DNA of 64,000 nt from the human T2T-CHM13v2.0 reference genome, Homo sapiens: NCBI RefSeq assembly GCF_009914755.1, contig NC_060927.1, one strand, 5' to 3'. Below the pieces are notes generated by a model, which was given only the letters and a program-made list of their open reading frames with translations, did not search any database and was not told the origin of the DNA. Made by a program: the position numbers and the translations under genes. Numbering within the stretch: the first letter of the stretch is position 1; each line of letters opens with the position of its first letter. This document shows, piece after piece, positions 1 to 24,039 of this stretch.

Positions 1-470
1 TTCAGGATGATTCAAGTGCATTACATTTATTGTGTACTTTATTTCTATTTTTATTACATTGTAATATATAATGAAATAATTATACAACTCACCATGATGT
101 AGAATCAATGGGAGCCCTGAACTTGTTTTCCTGCAACTAGATGGTCCCATCTGGGGGTGACGGAAGGCAGTGACACCAGAAGTGTGTTGCTTATGTCCAG
201 TCAATGCCTTAATCTCGCTTTGGTTGCCATCACTGCAGAAAACTCTGCTGCACAAAAATAGGATGTTGGAAATGGAAGCAGGCTTTTCAGTGCTTTTGTG
301 GCAATCTCAGGATATTCCGCCTTGACTCTAATCCAGAATGTATGGAGATTTGAAGTTGTCCCAAACATACCATTAAGGCTGTTGTCATTTGTGATCTCAA
401 GCAGTTGATCCTCTTCTAGCATGCACAAAGTCAATTCACCTGGTTTATTCACAGATTGGTCGTGGATCTA

Positions 471-1210
<740 letters not shown>

Positions 1211-2431
1211 ATCTCTGCTAAATCCCAGTGTTGACTCATCGCCCTCATTATTCCAGTTTGGCTTCGAATGCAGCCACTTTATCTGGTGATTTGAACACAG
1301 TTGTTGTTCTCCCTTGAAGTGACAGATTGAGCAGGTTGAATATGTCACACAAGTAAGCAGTTTGTGACCCATTCTGCGTCACTGAAATGTGCTGCCAGTA
1401 GTGACTGACTGTTTTTCTAAAAGAAATCACTGGAGCTGCTTTCATAACTCAAAAACTCTGGCCAGTGATCTACCTTTAGAAAGTCATCTCACTTCTGTGT
1501 GTAAGAGAAGACATGTATGCTCTGCGTCCATTTCCTCACAGAGCTGTGCAAATAGAATGAGCTAAGGGCATGTACTTTAATGTGGTTGATAATTTTAATC
1601 ACATCCTGTAAAATGTTGTTAAGTTCAGGCGACATTTTTTGTCATTTTTTGACACCGTGCATAGACTTACATTCTGAAGTGACCTCTTTGACCTGAGTAG
1701 TGAAATTAGAAAGCTGTCCAGTCATGGCAGCCATTCCATCTATGCATATACTGACACAAAATGACCAGTTTAGTTTTCCTGATATGTAATCATTCAAAGA
1801 CTTGAATAGTTCTGCAGCTGTGGTGCTAGTTGGCAACAAAGGTGCACACAACATATCCTCATGTGCATCCTCCTGAAAATATATCGCACAAAAGCAAGCA
1901 CTGTTGCCTTGTCAACATTGCTGGACTTGTCAACCTGGATTGCATACTACAGTGACTCAATCCTCTCTTACAATTGTACCTCAATATCTTCTGCTATTTT
2001 ATTTATTTGTCTAATTATAGTACTAGCCGAAAGAGGAACATGTGCCACATTTTGAACTGCAGCCTCTCCTAAAAGTTCATGACAAATGTCCTCAGCAGCA
2101 GGCAGGATCAACTCTTCACCAATAGTAAAGGGCTTCTTAGTTTTAGCGATGTGGTTAGCCACTAAGAATGTGTCTCAAGTGCAGACACATTTGATGAAGT
2201 GGTGGCCTTCAATAATTGCTTCTGTTCTTAGTGTTTCATTTTTTTTCTTTTGAAAAACTCCAAAGGCTTGTCTTTTAATGCAGGGTGCTTGGTCTCCATG
2301 TGGTGAGACAGTTTTGAAGGTTTCATGGCTTTGTTGGATAACCGGTTGCCACATTTTATACAAAGCACTTGGAGAATGTGAATCATTTGTTGCAATGAAC
2401 CCGTAATTTAAGTAGGACTCTTGGTATTTTC

Positions 2432-2736
<305 letters not shown>

Positions 2737-3224
2737 GGTATTTTCTTTTAAATGCAGCTTTCTTTATTGTTGGCATTCTTAGAATGTCTTAGAGTCTTCT
2801 GCTGTCTCATCATTGAGTCTTCCCCCCTTTTCAAAGAAGCTCTCCAGTGATGTTTGTTTTTTACTCATTTTGCCTAGAGCTAGCTTGTGGGCTTACCAAA
2901 ACTGTGACTGAGACAAGTGCACCATGTGGGAAAGAGGCATGGACTGTAAATAAAATAATGCGTGGGCTATTCGAGGAGTAAATTAAGTGTCGGATTGTGA
3001 CTTAAAGCCTGCCACCAGATACAGCTGTGTTAAGTACATTAACTCACTTGCCACTGTAAAGCGTGCCATCTGATGCAGCTTAATTGTCACTTGCCACTCA
3101 CTGATAGGGTTTCAGATGAGTCTGCAAGCAATTGATTGTCAAACCTCTCTGCTAATGTTAATCTGTATTTGCAGCTGCTTCCCAGTACCAGCATCATTGC
3201 CTCAGCTTCACCTCGGATCATCAG

Positions 3225-3608
3225 TGTATTAGTCTGTACTCACGGTGCTAATAAAGACATACCTGAGACTGGATGATTTATAAAGGAAAGAGGTTTAATT
3301 GACTTATAGTTCAACATGCCTGGGGAGGCCTCAGGAAACTTACAATCATGGCAGAAGGGGAAGCAAACATGTCCTTCTTCACATGGCAACAGCAAGGAGA
3401 AGTGCCGAGCAAAAGGGGGAAAAGCCCCTTGTGAAACCATGAGATCTTGTGAGAACTCACCATCACATCTTCATGAGAATGGCAGCATGGGGGTAACCAG
3501 TCCCATGATTCAATTACCTCCCACCAGGTCCCTCCCACGACACATGGGGGATTATGGAAGATATAATTCAAGATACGATTTGGGTAGGGACACAGCCAAA
3601 CCATATCA
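3225..3608 (-). mobile_element. THE1C-like MaLR solo LTR
   Basis: Termini TGTATTAGTC...AAACCATATCA; THE1 body; degenerate 5-bp TSD ATCAG/GCCAG. Confidence 0.9.
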
Positions 3609-4108
3609 GCCAGGCATTAGATTCTCATAAGGAGCATGCAACCTAGATCCCTTGCATGCACAGTTCACAACAGGGTTCGTCTAATGCTGCTGCTGATCTG
3701 ACAGGAGGCGGAGCTCAGGTGGTAATGTGAGCAGTGGGGAGTGGCTGTAAATACATATCGTTGAAGCTTTGCTTCTTTACCCACTGCTCACCTCCTGCTG
3801 TGTGGCCTGGTTCCTAACGGGGATAAAGCAGGGTTGGGGAGCCCTGCTTTATCAGATAGGTGACTTGGAAATATTTCTCCCATTCTGTGGTTGTCTTTTC
3901 ACTCACTTGGTGGTGTCTCTAGATGTACAAAAATTTTAAATTTTGATGAAGTCCAATTTATCTGTTTTTTTTCTTTTGTTTGTACTTGTGGTGTCATGCT
4001 ACGAAACTGTTGCCAAAGTCAGGATCATGAAGCTTTTCCCCTATGGTTGTTTATAATTTATTTTTATTGTGGCAAAACGTACGTAACATAAAATTTGCTA
4101 TTTTTACC

Positions 4109-4914
<806 letters not shown>

Positions 4915-4974
4915 TCTACTTCCTATCTCCGTGATTTTGACTATTCTAGATAACTCATATAAATGTAATCATAT

Positions 4975-5355
<381 letters not shown>

Positions 5356-5709
5356 CTATGTTAGAACTTCGTTCCTTCTTATGTCTGAATGATGTTTCAG
5401 TGTATGGGTATACCACATTTTGTTTATTCCTTCTTCTGCTGATGGACACTTGGGTTGTTTCTACCTTTTAGCTATTGTAAATAATGCTGCAGTGAACACT
5501 GGCATGCTAGTACTTGTTAAGCTCCCTGTTTTCTATTTCTTTGGGTATATACCAAGAAGTGGAATTGCTGAACAATATGATAATTCTGTCTTTAGTGTTT
5601 TTAGGAGCTAGTGTACTGTTTTCTGTAGTGGCTGTGCTATACATTCCCACCAGCAGTGCACAAGGATTCTAGTTCCTCTGCATCCTCCCCAATACTTGTT
5701 GTTTTCTGA

Positions 5710-6221
<512 letters not shown>

Positions 6222-6244
6222 TGAAGTGTAGGAGTTCTTTATAT

Positions 6245-6581
6245 CAGCAGTCTTCAACATTTTTGGCACCAGGGACTGGTTTCGTGGAAGACAATTTTTC
6301 CATGGACCGCAGAAGGGATGGTTTTGGGATGAAACTCTTCCACCTCAAGATCATCAGGTATTAGATTCTCATAAGGAGCGTGCAACCTAGATCCTTCACA
6401 TGCACAGTTCACAATAGGGTTCATACTCCTATGAGAATCTAATGCCACTGCTGATCTGACTGGAGGCAGAGCTCAGGAGATAATGCTTGTTCACCCACTG
6501 CTCACCTTGTGCTTTTGCGGCTTGGTTCTTAACAGGCCACAGATTGATATTAATTTGTGGCCCAGGGGTTAGGGACCCCTG
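6245..6581 (-). mobile_element. MER1B (non-autonomous Charlie3 derivative)
   Basis: 337 bp; termini CAGCAGTC...GACCCCTG; perfect 8-bp TSD CTTTATAT at 6237-6244 and 6582-6589. Confidence 0.95.
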
Positions 6582-7384
6582 CTTTATATATTCTGGATAT
6601 TAATTTCTTATCAGATATATGGTTTGCAAATATTTTCTCTTATTCTGTAGCTGTTTGCCTTTTCACTGTGTTGATGGTGTCCTTCGATGCATGAAAGTTT
6701 TAAGTTTGATGAAGCTGATTTATCTTTTTTTGTTTTTTTTGTTGCCTGTGTCTTTGGTGACATATCTAAGAAATTATGGACAAATCCAGTGTCATGAACC
6801 TTTCCCTGTATGTTTTCTTCTAAGAGTTTTTTAACTTTAGATTTTATGTTTAAGGCTTTGATCCATTTTGAGTCAATTTTCGTATGTGTTATTACAAGGG
6901 TCCAATTTTATTCTTTGTGGATATCCAGTTTTCCCAGCACCATTTGTTGAAGAGACTGTCCTTTTCTCATTAAATGGTCTTGGCACCATGGTCGAGTATC
7001 ATTTGACAATATATGTGAGGGTTTATTCTGGGCTCTGTATTCTGTTTCATTGGTCTATATAGTTCTGTCTTTATGCCAGTATCACACTGTTTTGATACTG
7101 TAGGTTTGTACTAAGTTTAAAAGTCAGAAGTGTGAGTCCTCCAACTTTGTTCTAATTTTCCAGATTATTTTTGCTATTAGAGGGCCCTTGAGATTCCATA
7201 TGAATTTCAGGATGAATTTTTAAATATTTCTGCAAAGAATACAGTTGGGATTTTGGTAGGGACTGAATTGAATCTGTAGATTGCTTTGGGCAGGATTGTC
7301 ATCTTAACAATGTTAAGTCTTCCAATCAGTTAACATAGGCTATCTTTATTTAGGTCTTTAATTTCTTTTGGCAGTGTTTTGTAA

Positions 7385-7811
<427 letters not shown>

Positions 7812-7961
7812 TTCCTTTTCATATCATTCTCATGTTGTTCGTATACAGAAATACAACTGGTTTTTGCATGTTGATTTTATGTCCTGCAACTGCTGAATTC
7901 ATTTATTAGCTCTAATAGGCCTTAAACAAATACTTTAAGGTTTGCTACATACAAAATTGTT

Positions 7962-9770
<1,809 letters not shown>

Positions 9771-10010
9771 TGTTAAAAGAAAAACTTCAGCTGAATTCAA
9801 TTTAAAAGACTGTAATTGAGCAAAGAATGATTCACAAATCGGGCAGCCTTCTGAGCCAGAGTAGGCTCAGTGACTCCAGCACAGCCATGTGGTAGAGGAG
9901 GATTTATGGACAGAAAAAGGAAAGTGATGTACAGAAAATGAAGTGAGGTACAGAAATAGCCAGATTGGTTATAGCCTGGGGTTTGTCTTACTTGAACACG
10001 GTTTGAACAG
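9771..10010 (-). mobile_element. MER57A-like LTR, 3' portion
   Basis: TGTTAAAAGAAAAACTTCAG...TGAGCCAGAGTAGGCTCAG...GAACACGGTTTGAACAG is the reverse complement of the MER57A 3' half. Confidence 0.85.
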
Positions 10011-10659
10011 AATCAGGTCCTTAAGGCATCAAGACCTCTGTGTCTCCATTTGATATCTCTGTGTCTATGTGTTGCATTCTTTCTTGCAGTCATTAACTTT
10101 TAAAAATTTACTCCTTTTATAATTGGGGACCATAGCTCCTACAGTTCTGGGTACATGTTTACACAGCATGATGGAATAGGAAAGAGCTGTTTCCAGTCAG
10201 GAAAACTTCAGGGAATGAATGGTATGGCCCAATCTACTTCATATGCCCAGTTATTGAAGGGGTCCGATTGACAGCCCCACTGAAATCACTAGAGTGGGGG
10301 AGTTTTTGTAAAAGGTGAGAGTTAAGGATGCTGGACACAGAACAGTAAGGAGATAAGACTACCTGATGCACATCGAGTTCACAAAGGTATTGTAAATGTC
10401 AAACATGTACAATGGATAGAAGTAGGATGTGCTGTAGGAGTTCAGAGCCTGGGGGCGTGCAAGGCAATATCCCTAAGAGTGAAAGTAGAACTGAGTGTTG
10501 ATGAGTGAATAGGATTTTGTGAGTGAAGAAGAAGCATGAGAGCAAATTCAGGTCACAGGGGACAGTAAGGCATGAAAGATTTGTGCAAGGTGTTTTGGGA
10601 GGACCATGTTATTTGCAGCTACCATCTTCCCTTTAATTTAGTGATACTTTTTTGGGGGT

Positions 10660-10806
10660 GGGGTGGGGTAGGTGTCAATTCCATTTTGAAGATCTGTTAA
10701 GTGCTATGGGAAACCCGCATATGCACAAGTAAAATTTTACTAGTCGTGTCAGAATGTTTATGGACTTCTTGTTGCTTGTCTTTGGACTCAGGTTAAGAAT
10801 CTCTAC
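10660..10806. mobile_element. Old hAT-Charlie MITE relic (Charlie4z-like)
   Basis: TTTGAAGATCTG...GCTATGG...ATGCACA...AAATTTT...GGACTCAGGTTAAGAATCTCT. Confidence 0.45.
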
Positions 10807-10903
10807 TTTAAACATTTCAACTTGTCTTTTTTCTCTACATTGTGTGTATACTTTTTAAAGCCTACCTTTAAAGCTCCTGATTTTCTGACACATAGCACTG
10901 AAT

Positions 10904-11206
<303 letters not shown>

Positions 11207-11269
11207 TAGCACTGAATGCTAGTTTCAGAATTTATTTCTGTCGTTTACTTAATTGAAATGAAGAGTTTA

Positions 11270-11604
<335 letters not shown>

Positions 11605-11979
11605 TGAGCCGGGCACAACCTTAGCCTCTAGAAGATTGCTTTTGTGTCTTGTTTTGCCATTTCTTCTTTTATTATTGTTATGGACTCATGGGTTTTTGTT
11701 TATTCAGTGTGACTCAGCTCATCATTATGATTATAATTCTCAAATTATTCTAATGCTTTTAAATTTCTTCTGTGATGGTTTCCTGTGACTGGAGAGACAC
11801 CTGTTTTTGTCTGCTGCTTTGTTGTGATAATTGATTATATTTGGTCTTAGGTCCTAAAGTCTGTGCTATTTTAATTTTTTTGAGGTAAAAATCAGTTATA
11901 TAAAATTTATTCTCATAGTAAGTTTTCTTCCATGATGTTTATCATCTTTTGCTTACTATTTTTCTTTTTTTATCTTTTA

Positions 11980-13803
<1,824 letters not shown>

Positions 13804-13977
13804 TTTTTTCTTTTTCTTTTTTATTGATACATAATAATCGTACATATTTTTGGAATACATGTGATATTTTGATACATGCATACAATGTTTACTGAGCAAA
13901 TTAGGATATGTAAGATATTCATCACTCCAAACATTGATCATTTCTTTGTGCTGGAAACATTTCAAATATCCTTTTCT

Positions 13978-14273
<296 letters not shown>

Positions 14274-15103
14274 TATTATCTTCTAGCTTTTCTGAAATAT
14301 ACAATAAGTTGTATATTACTACTATGCTGTCCAACTGTCCAGTGCTAGAACTTATTTCTTCCGTCTAGCTATATGTTTGTACCCATTGACCAACTGCCCC
14401 TTTGTTCCTCCCTACCTTTTCCAGCCTTTGGTAACCATCATTCTACTCTCTACATCCATGAGATCCATTTTTTTTTAAAAGCTCCCACATATGGGTGAGA
14501 ACATGTAATATTTGTCTTCTGTTCCTGACTTAGTTCACTTCACATAATGACCTCTAGTTCCAATTGTGTTGCTGCAAATGGCAGGATTTCATTATTTTTT
14601 TATGGTTGAATAGTATTCTATTGTGTGTACATACCACATTATCTTTATCCATATCCATTGGCAGACACTTAGGTTGATTCCGTATCTTGGCTATTGTGAA
14701 TAGTGCTGTGATAAACATGAGAGTGCCAGCATCCCTTTGATATATACTGATTTCCTTTCTTTTGGATAGATACTCGGTAGTGAGATTGCTAGACCATATG
14801 GAAGTTCTGTTTTTAGTTCTATATAGTATAGTATAGTAGTCTCTATACTGTTTTCCATAATGGCCATACTAATTTAGATTCCTACCAACTGTGTATAAGA
14901 GTTCCCTTTTCTCTGCATCTTTGCCAGCATTTGTTATTTTTTGTCTTTTTGATAATAGCCATTCTAACTGGGGTGAGATAATAGCTAGTGGTTTTGATTT
15001 GCATTTCCCTGATGGTTAGTGATGTTGAGCATTTTTTCATACGCCAACTGGCCATTTGTATGTTTTCTTTGGAGAATGTCTATACAGATCCTTTGTGGCC
15101 CTT

Positions 15104-15395
15104 GTTTTTTTTTTTTTTTTTTTTTTAAGACAGGTTCTCACTTTGTCACCCAGGCTGGAGTGCCGTGGCAGGATCATGGCTCACTGCAGCCTCGAATTCC
15201 TGGGCTCAAGCCATTCTCTTGAGTAGCTAGGACAACAGGTCCACGCCACCACACCCAGCTAATTTTTAAATTTTTTGTAGAGACTGGGTCTTGCTCTGTT
15301 GCTCAGGTTGGTCTTGAACCTGTGGCCTCAAGTGATCTTCCCGCCTTGGCCTCCCAAAGTGATGGGATTACAGGCATGAGCTTGCTGTTGCCCAG
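15104..15395 (-). mobile_element. AluJ
   Basis: Poly-T plus J-type body. Confidence 0.9.
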
Positions 15396-16271
15396 CTTGC
15401 TGCCTACTTTTTAATGGGATTATTTGGTTTTGCTGTTGAGTTCCTTGTATATTCTGTATATCAGATAAATAGTTTGCAAATATTTTCTCCCATTCTGTGT
15501 GTTGTCTCTTTACTCTGTTTATTGTTTTCTTTGCTGTGCAGAAGCTTTTAATTTAATGTAGCCCCATTTGTCTATTTTTGTTTTTGTTGCCTGTGCTTTT
15601 GAGGTCTTAGTCATAAAATCTTTGTGTAGACCAATGTTTTCTTTTAGTAGTTTTGTAGTTTTGGGTCTTATGTTTACCTCCTTAATCCATTTTGAGTTGA
15701 TTTTTGCGTATGGTGAGAGACAGGTGTCTAGTTTCATTCTTCTACATATTGATACCCAGTTTTCTCAGCACCATTTATGGAAGAAAGTGTCCTATCCCCA
15801 GTGTATATTTTTGGCACCTTTGTTGAAAATCAGTTGGCTGTAAATAGGTGGATTTATTTCTGGTTTTCTCTGTTCTGTTCCAGTGGTTTATGTGTCTGTT
15901 TTTAATGCCAGTACCATGTTGCTTTGGTTACTGTAGCTTTGTAGTATATTTTGAAGTCCGATATTGTGATGCCTCTAGCTTTGTTCTTTTTGTACAAGAT
16001 TACTTTGGCTATTCACAGTCTTTTGTGGTTCCATACAAATTTTAGATTGTTTATTCTATTTCTGTGAAGAATATAATTGGTACTTTAATGAGGATTGCAT
16101 TGAATCTGTAGATTTCTTTGGGTAGTATGGTCATTTTAACACTGTTAGTTCTTTGGATCCATGAGCATGGGATTTCTTTCCGTTTCTTTGTGTCCTCTTC
16201 AAATCTCCCTTCAGTGTTTTGTCATTTTTGTCATAGAGGTCTTTCATCTCTTTGATTAAATTTATTCCTAG

Positions 16272-16715
<444 letters not shown>

Positions 16716-18593
16716 TAGTTTCCAGCTTTTTCTGTGTATAAGATCATACTGTTTTCAGATGAGGGACAGTTTGACTTCCTTTTTCTCAGTTTGAATGCCT
16801 TTTATTTCTCTTGCCTGATTGCTCTAGCTAGGATCTCCAGTACTGTGTTGAATAAGAGTAGTGAAAGTGGGCATCCTTGTCTTGGTCCAGATTTTAAGGA
16901 AAAGCTTTCAACTTTTCCCCATTCCGTATGGTGTCAGCTGTGGGTTTGTCATAGGTGGCTTTTATTATGTTGAGTTTTATTCCTTCTATGCCTGATTTGT
17001 TGAGAGTTTCTATCATGAAGGATGCCGAATTTTATTGAGTGTTTTTTTCTGCATCCATTGATTTGATCATATGCTTTTTATTCTTCATTTTGTCGATGTG
17101 ATATATCACATTTATTGACTTGCATATGTTGAACAATCCTTGCAATCCCTGTTATAGATCCCACTTGATCATGGTGTGTTATCTTTTTGATGTGTTATTA
17201 TATTTGGTTTGCAAGTATTTTGTTGAGGATTTTTGCATCTATGTTTATCAAGGATGTTGGCCTGTAGTTTTCTCTTTTTTTTCTTGTGTCTTTGTATGGT
17301 TTTAGTATCAGAGTATTGCTTGCCCTGTTGAATGAATTGGGAAGAATTCAGTTTTTGGAATAGTTTGAGAAGAACTGGTGTTAGTTCCTCTTCATAAGTT
17401 TGGTAGAATTTAGCAGTAAAGCCATTGGTCCTTTTTCTTTTTGGGAGACTTTTTATTATTGATTCAATGTCATTACTTACTATTGGTCTGTTCAGGTTTT
17501 GTTTTTTTCTTGGTTCAGTCTTGGTGGGTTTTATGTGTCGAAGAATTTAGATATTTTCGTTAGGGTTTCCAATTTGTTAGCATATAGTTGTTCATAAGAG
17601 TCTAATGATTCTTTTATGTATCTGTGGTATCAGTTGTGATGTCTTCTGTTTATGAACTTATTTGGGTTTTCTCGGTTACTGTAGTTAGCTGTTTATTGAT
17701 TTTGTTTATCTTTTTAAGAAAACAAGTTTTCATTTGTTGATTCTTTGTATATTTTGGTCTCTTGCATTTAGTCCTGCTCTGATATTTATTGTTTTTTTCA
17801 TCTGTAATTTTTTTATTCTTTTCTAGTTCCTTGGAGGTACATTGGTAGGTTAACTTCTACTTTTTTAATATAGGTGTTTATTTCTATAAACTTTTTCCTT
17901 AGCTTTGCTTTTTCCATATCCCATAGATTTAGGTATTTTATTTTTCCATTTTCATTTGTCTCAGGGAAGTTTTTGATTTTCTTCCTAATTTCTTTATTGA
18001 CCCAGTGATCATTCAGGAACATGTTGTTTAATTTTCATTTATTTGTACAGTTTCCAAAATTCCTCTAGTTACTAATTTCTGATTTGTTTTATTGTGGTCT
18101 GAGAAGATACTTGATATCATTTTGATTTTTAAGAATATGTTGAGGCTTTATGGCCTAACGTATGGTCTATCCTGGGAAAACTTTTATGTGCTGATGTGAA
18201 GAATGTGTATTCTGCAGCAGTTGGATAAAATATTCTGTAAATATCTGTTAGGTCCATTTGTTCTATAGTGCAGGTTAAGTCTGATGTTTCTTTGTTTATT
18301 TTCTCTCTAGGTGGTCTGTCCAGTGCTAAAAGTGGGTGTTAAATTCCCCAGCTATTATTGTATTGGTATCTCTCTTTTTAGTTCTATTATTTGCTTTATG
18401 TTTTTCTGGGTATTCCAGTGTTGGATGCATTTTATTTATGGTTGTTATAGTCTCATTATATAAGTATAAAGTAACCATATAATGACTTTGTTACTATAAT
18501 TACTCCAGTATGCGTGGAAACATGTTTTTTCCATCTCTTCACTTTCAGTCTATGTGCGTCTTTATAGGTGAAGTGCATTTCTTGTAGGCAGCA

Positions 18594-18955
<362 letters not shown>

Positions 18956-19202
18956 TGAGGACTTATTCCTCTCCATTTGCTACTTGCTACTTGTTTTCTG
19001 ATTTTTTTTTTTTTTTTTTAATCTATTCCTTGTTCCTTTCTTCTTCTCCTATTGTTGGCCTTTACAATTTGATGGTTTTCTGTAGTGGTAACGTTTGACT
19101 CTTTTTCTTTTTTGTGTACTACTGTTCTCACTGTTCTACCAGTGAGTTTCATACTTTCATGTGTTTTCATGATGGTATGTATCACCTTTTGCTTTGAGAT
19201 GT

Positions 19203-20217
<1,015 letters not shown>

Positions 20218-20815
20218 GATGTGGGACTCCCTTATGCATTTCTTTAGGGCCAGTATAGTCGTTAATGAATTGTCTCAGTTTTTGCTTGTCTGGGAAAGAC
20301 TTTTATTTCTATTTTGAAGGATAGCTTTGCTGAATATAGTATTGTTGCCTAGCAGGTTTTTTCTTTCAGTACTTTGAATATATCATTCTATTCTCTCCAG
20401 GCCTGTGACGTTTTTGCTGAGGAAGATGCTATCAGTCTGATGAAGTTTCCCTTATATGTTATTCGATGCTTTTTTCTTGCTGTTTTTAGAACTCTCTTTG
20501 TCTTTGACTTTTTACTGTTTGGGTAAAATGTGCCTTGGAGAAAACCTTATGGGATTGAATCTATATGGAGACCTTTAAGTTTCCTGTGTCTGGATGTGTT
20601 TGTCTTTCGCAAGACTTGGAAAGTTTTCAGTTATTATCTTGTTAGGCAAGTTTTCTATACTTTTGCCCATCTCTTCTCTGGAACTCTCAAAATTCAATTA
20701 TTTATTTGCTTTATGATGGTGTCTTGTGTGTCTCATAGGCTTTATCTATTCTTTTATATTCTTTTTTTTTTTATCTGACTTGGTTATTTGAAAAGAGACA
20801 AGTTCTGAATTTTTT

Positions 20816-21473
20816 CTGTGTCCCCAGCAAATCTCATGTTGAATTGTAATTCCCAGTATTGGAGGTAGGGCCTGATAGGAAGTGATTGGATCATGGGGGT
20901 GGTCCTTTATGAATGGCTTAGCACCATCCCCTCAGTGCTGTTTTTATGATAGTGAGTGAGTGAGTTGTTGTGAGATCTGGTTGTTTAAAAATGTGTAGTG
21001 TGCATCTCTTCCCTCTGTCTCTTCTTCCTGCTTTGGCCATGTGAAGATGCCTGCTCTGGCTTTGCCTTCTGCCGTGAGTAAAAGCTCCCTGAGGCCTCAC
21101 CAGAAGCAGATGTTGCCATGCTTCCTGTACTACCTGTGGAACTGTGAGCCAGTTTGAAACTTCTTTTCAAAATTACCCAGTCTTGGCCAGGCATGGTGGC
21201 TCATGCCACCAGCCTGGCCAACACGGTAAAACCCCGTCTCTACTAAAAATACAAAAAATTAGCCAGATGTGGTAGGGCATGCCTGTAATATGAGCTACCT
21301 GGGAGGCTGAGGCATGAGAATCACTTGGACCCAGAAAGTGGAGGTTGAAGTGAGCCAGGATTGTGCCACTGCACTCCAGCCTGGGCAACAGAGTGAGACT
21401 CTGTCTAAAAAAAAAAAAAAAATTACCCAGTCCTTGGTATTTCTTCATAGGAATGCAAGAATAGCCTAATACA
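20816..21473 (+). mobile_element. MSTA-like MaLR LTR lacking about 15 nt at the 5' end, with an internally deleted Alu at 21185-21418
   Basis: CTGTGTCCCCAGCAAATCTCATGTTGAA...GCCTAATACA; Alu TSD AAAATTACCCAGTC. Confidence 0.9.
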
Positions 21474-23483
21474 TCCCTGTATGATTTCTTTGGCTGTAAT
21501 GAGTGTCAGTGTTGTCTGTGAATTTCTTAGTGGCTTAGGCTGTGGTTGTTAGTGGAAACTGCGGTGAGTCTTTGGTGGGGATGGGGATGTCAGATGGGCT
21601 GGTCCTTGGGCACAGTGGTGGTGGGTCTGTATCTGTAGTTGTGGGTCTGAGCTGGGTCAGTTCTTGGGCCTTCTGGTGTCATGCTCAGATGCTAGTGATT
21701 ACAGTGGTGGGCTGAGTGGGCATTGCCATATGCCCCTGGGTGGTGTGCATGATGTTGGTGGTGGCAGTGGCAGTGGTGTGCCACTTTTGGGCCCCGATTG
21801 GTGTGCATGGATGCCAGTGGTGGTGGTGTTGGGCTGGGCAAGACAGTCTCCTGGCCCCCAGGTGGGGTATGTGTGTTGTGGTGGTGCAGTCTTGGCATGT
21901 TGATCCCTAGGCCCCCATGAGGTGCACATAGGTGTTTTCAGCTAGATGGGGTGGCCCCCTTTTTATGCCTTTGGACAACCCACATGTGAGTTGCTAGTGG
22001 TGGGCAGAGTGGCCGATCCACACACACTTGGATAGCATGTGCAGATGCTGACAGTGATGGTGGTGGGTAGTGTGGGCAGTCCTCTGGCCCTGCTAATGGT
22101 GCATGCAGGTGGTGGTGGGCTATGTGGGCCTATTTTCAGTTCCTGGGATGGCATCCAGGCAGACTGGTCTCCAGGCACCCTAAAGGCCCTTGGGAATCCT
22201 ACTGCTGGAGGGGTTGAGGTTGCTGTCAGTGGCAGTGGCCTTGTGTAGGTGGCTCTCAGGCTGTGGGGAGTGCATGCTTCTGTTCTTTTTGTCTTTGGGG
22301 CAGCCTCCCTGGTGTGCTATGCTGACCTTTTCTCAGGATATAGGGTGATGCATTGGCTATAGTGCAGGGGACCTGGTTGCACTGCTGGGTCCAGCTGGTG
22401 TGTCTTGATGCTTCAGGTGGACATGGGAAGATGTCACTGGGGCTTTAGGGATGTGGTTGTAGGGCCCTAGTGGAGGATGTAGTCTAGAGGGGGCTGTGAT
22501 TTCAAAATGGCACTATGCTGTGGCTGCTTGTGCCTCCAGTGGGTATGTAGGACCCGGCAGTAATGCCTTCTCTGCAATAATGCCATTGTGTGGGCTCCTG
22601 AGATCTCCCTCTAATAGTCTCAGGGTCCACAAGGGCCTAGGGGCTTTCCCATGGCTAGGATTGTGGGAGTCTGCAGTGGGAACGTCTATCACTTGGGGAT
22701 CTCTCATTTACCTTTTTTTCACAATGAGGAGTGCCTCCTGGCACTGAGCCAAACCTGGCTGGCTGCCTTGTTTTCCTCTCCTTTTATGCCTCAGAGCTTT
22801 CTTGTCACTTCTGTGCTGAATTTCAGTGTTCTTTCTTAGAAGCTCTGTTTGATGTGTGGTTATCTACTTAGTGTTTTGGTCCTTCTTTGTGAAGGAAGTG
22901 AGCCTTAGTCGCCTTTGGTCAGCCATCTTGAAGCCCACCATCATCTCTCTGTTCTGTTTTCGTTTTATTCGAGTAAAGCATTCTTCCATCCAGTGCTCAA
23001 CTTTGTTGTGTTTTCCTTGGCAACTGTGATACCAAGATGCAGTGGACAAAAGTGCTAAGACTTCTAATCCTGAAAATAGTCAAGAGATGTCACTCGTTAG
23101 ACATTTGTTAGTTCAATTCTATTTATAATAGGAATTGTTTTCTTCACTTTATTGTTGGATTGTTCCCTGCTAATTTATAGAAATACACTTGACTTTGTAT
23201 ATTGATCATGTGTCCTGCAACATTACTGAACTCGTTTATTAATTCTAATAGTTTTTTTTTAGTGGATTCCTTAGAAATTTCTGTATAGAAGCTTATACCA
23301 TCAGCTACTAGAGATACTTTTACTTCTTTCTTTCCAATCTGGCTGCCTTTTTATTTCTTTTTCTTACCAAATGGCTTTTCCTCCACTATAATGTTAAATA
23401 GAGCTGACAGTGGTGAACATTTTTGTCTTGTTCCTGATCTTAAGGGGAAAGCGTTCAGTCCTTCACCATTAATTATAGTATTA

Positions 23484-23803
<320 letters not shown>

Positions 23804-23885
23804 TAAACAGGTGGGCTTTATCAGGTCAAGGAAGTTCAATTCTATTTTAGTTTGTTCAGTGTTTTTATTGCAAAAGGATGCTGGA

Positions 23886-24014
23886 AGCTGGGCATGCTGA
23901 TGTTTGCCATAGTTCTAGATAGATGAGAGGCTAAGGTGGGAGGATCACTGGAGCCCAGGAGTTTGTGGCCAGCGTGGGCAACATAGCAAGACTCCCATCT
24001 CTTAAAAAATAAAG
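23886..24014 (+). mobile_element. FLAM/Alu monomer
   Basis: About 130-bp diverged monomer with A tail. Confidence 0.8.
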
Positions 24015-24039
24015 ACCTGAATCCAAAAATTTCTATGAG

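Noticed and set aside
21480-22750. GC-rich block with overlapping ORFs as a promoter or exon (similarly 51985-52458)
   Set aside because: CpG-depleted and positioned as the 5' UTR of the enclosing L1
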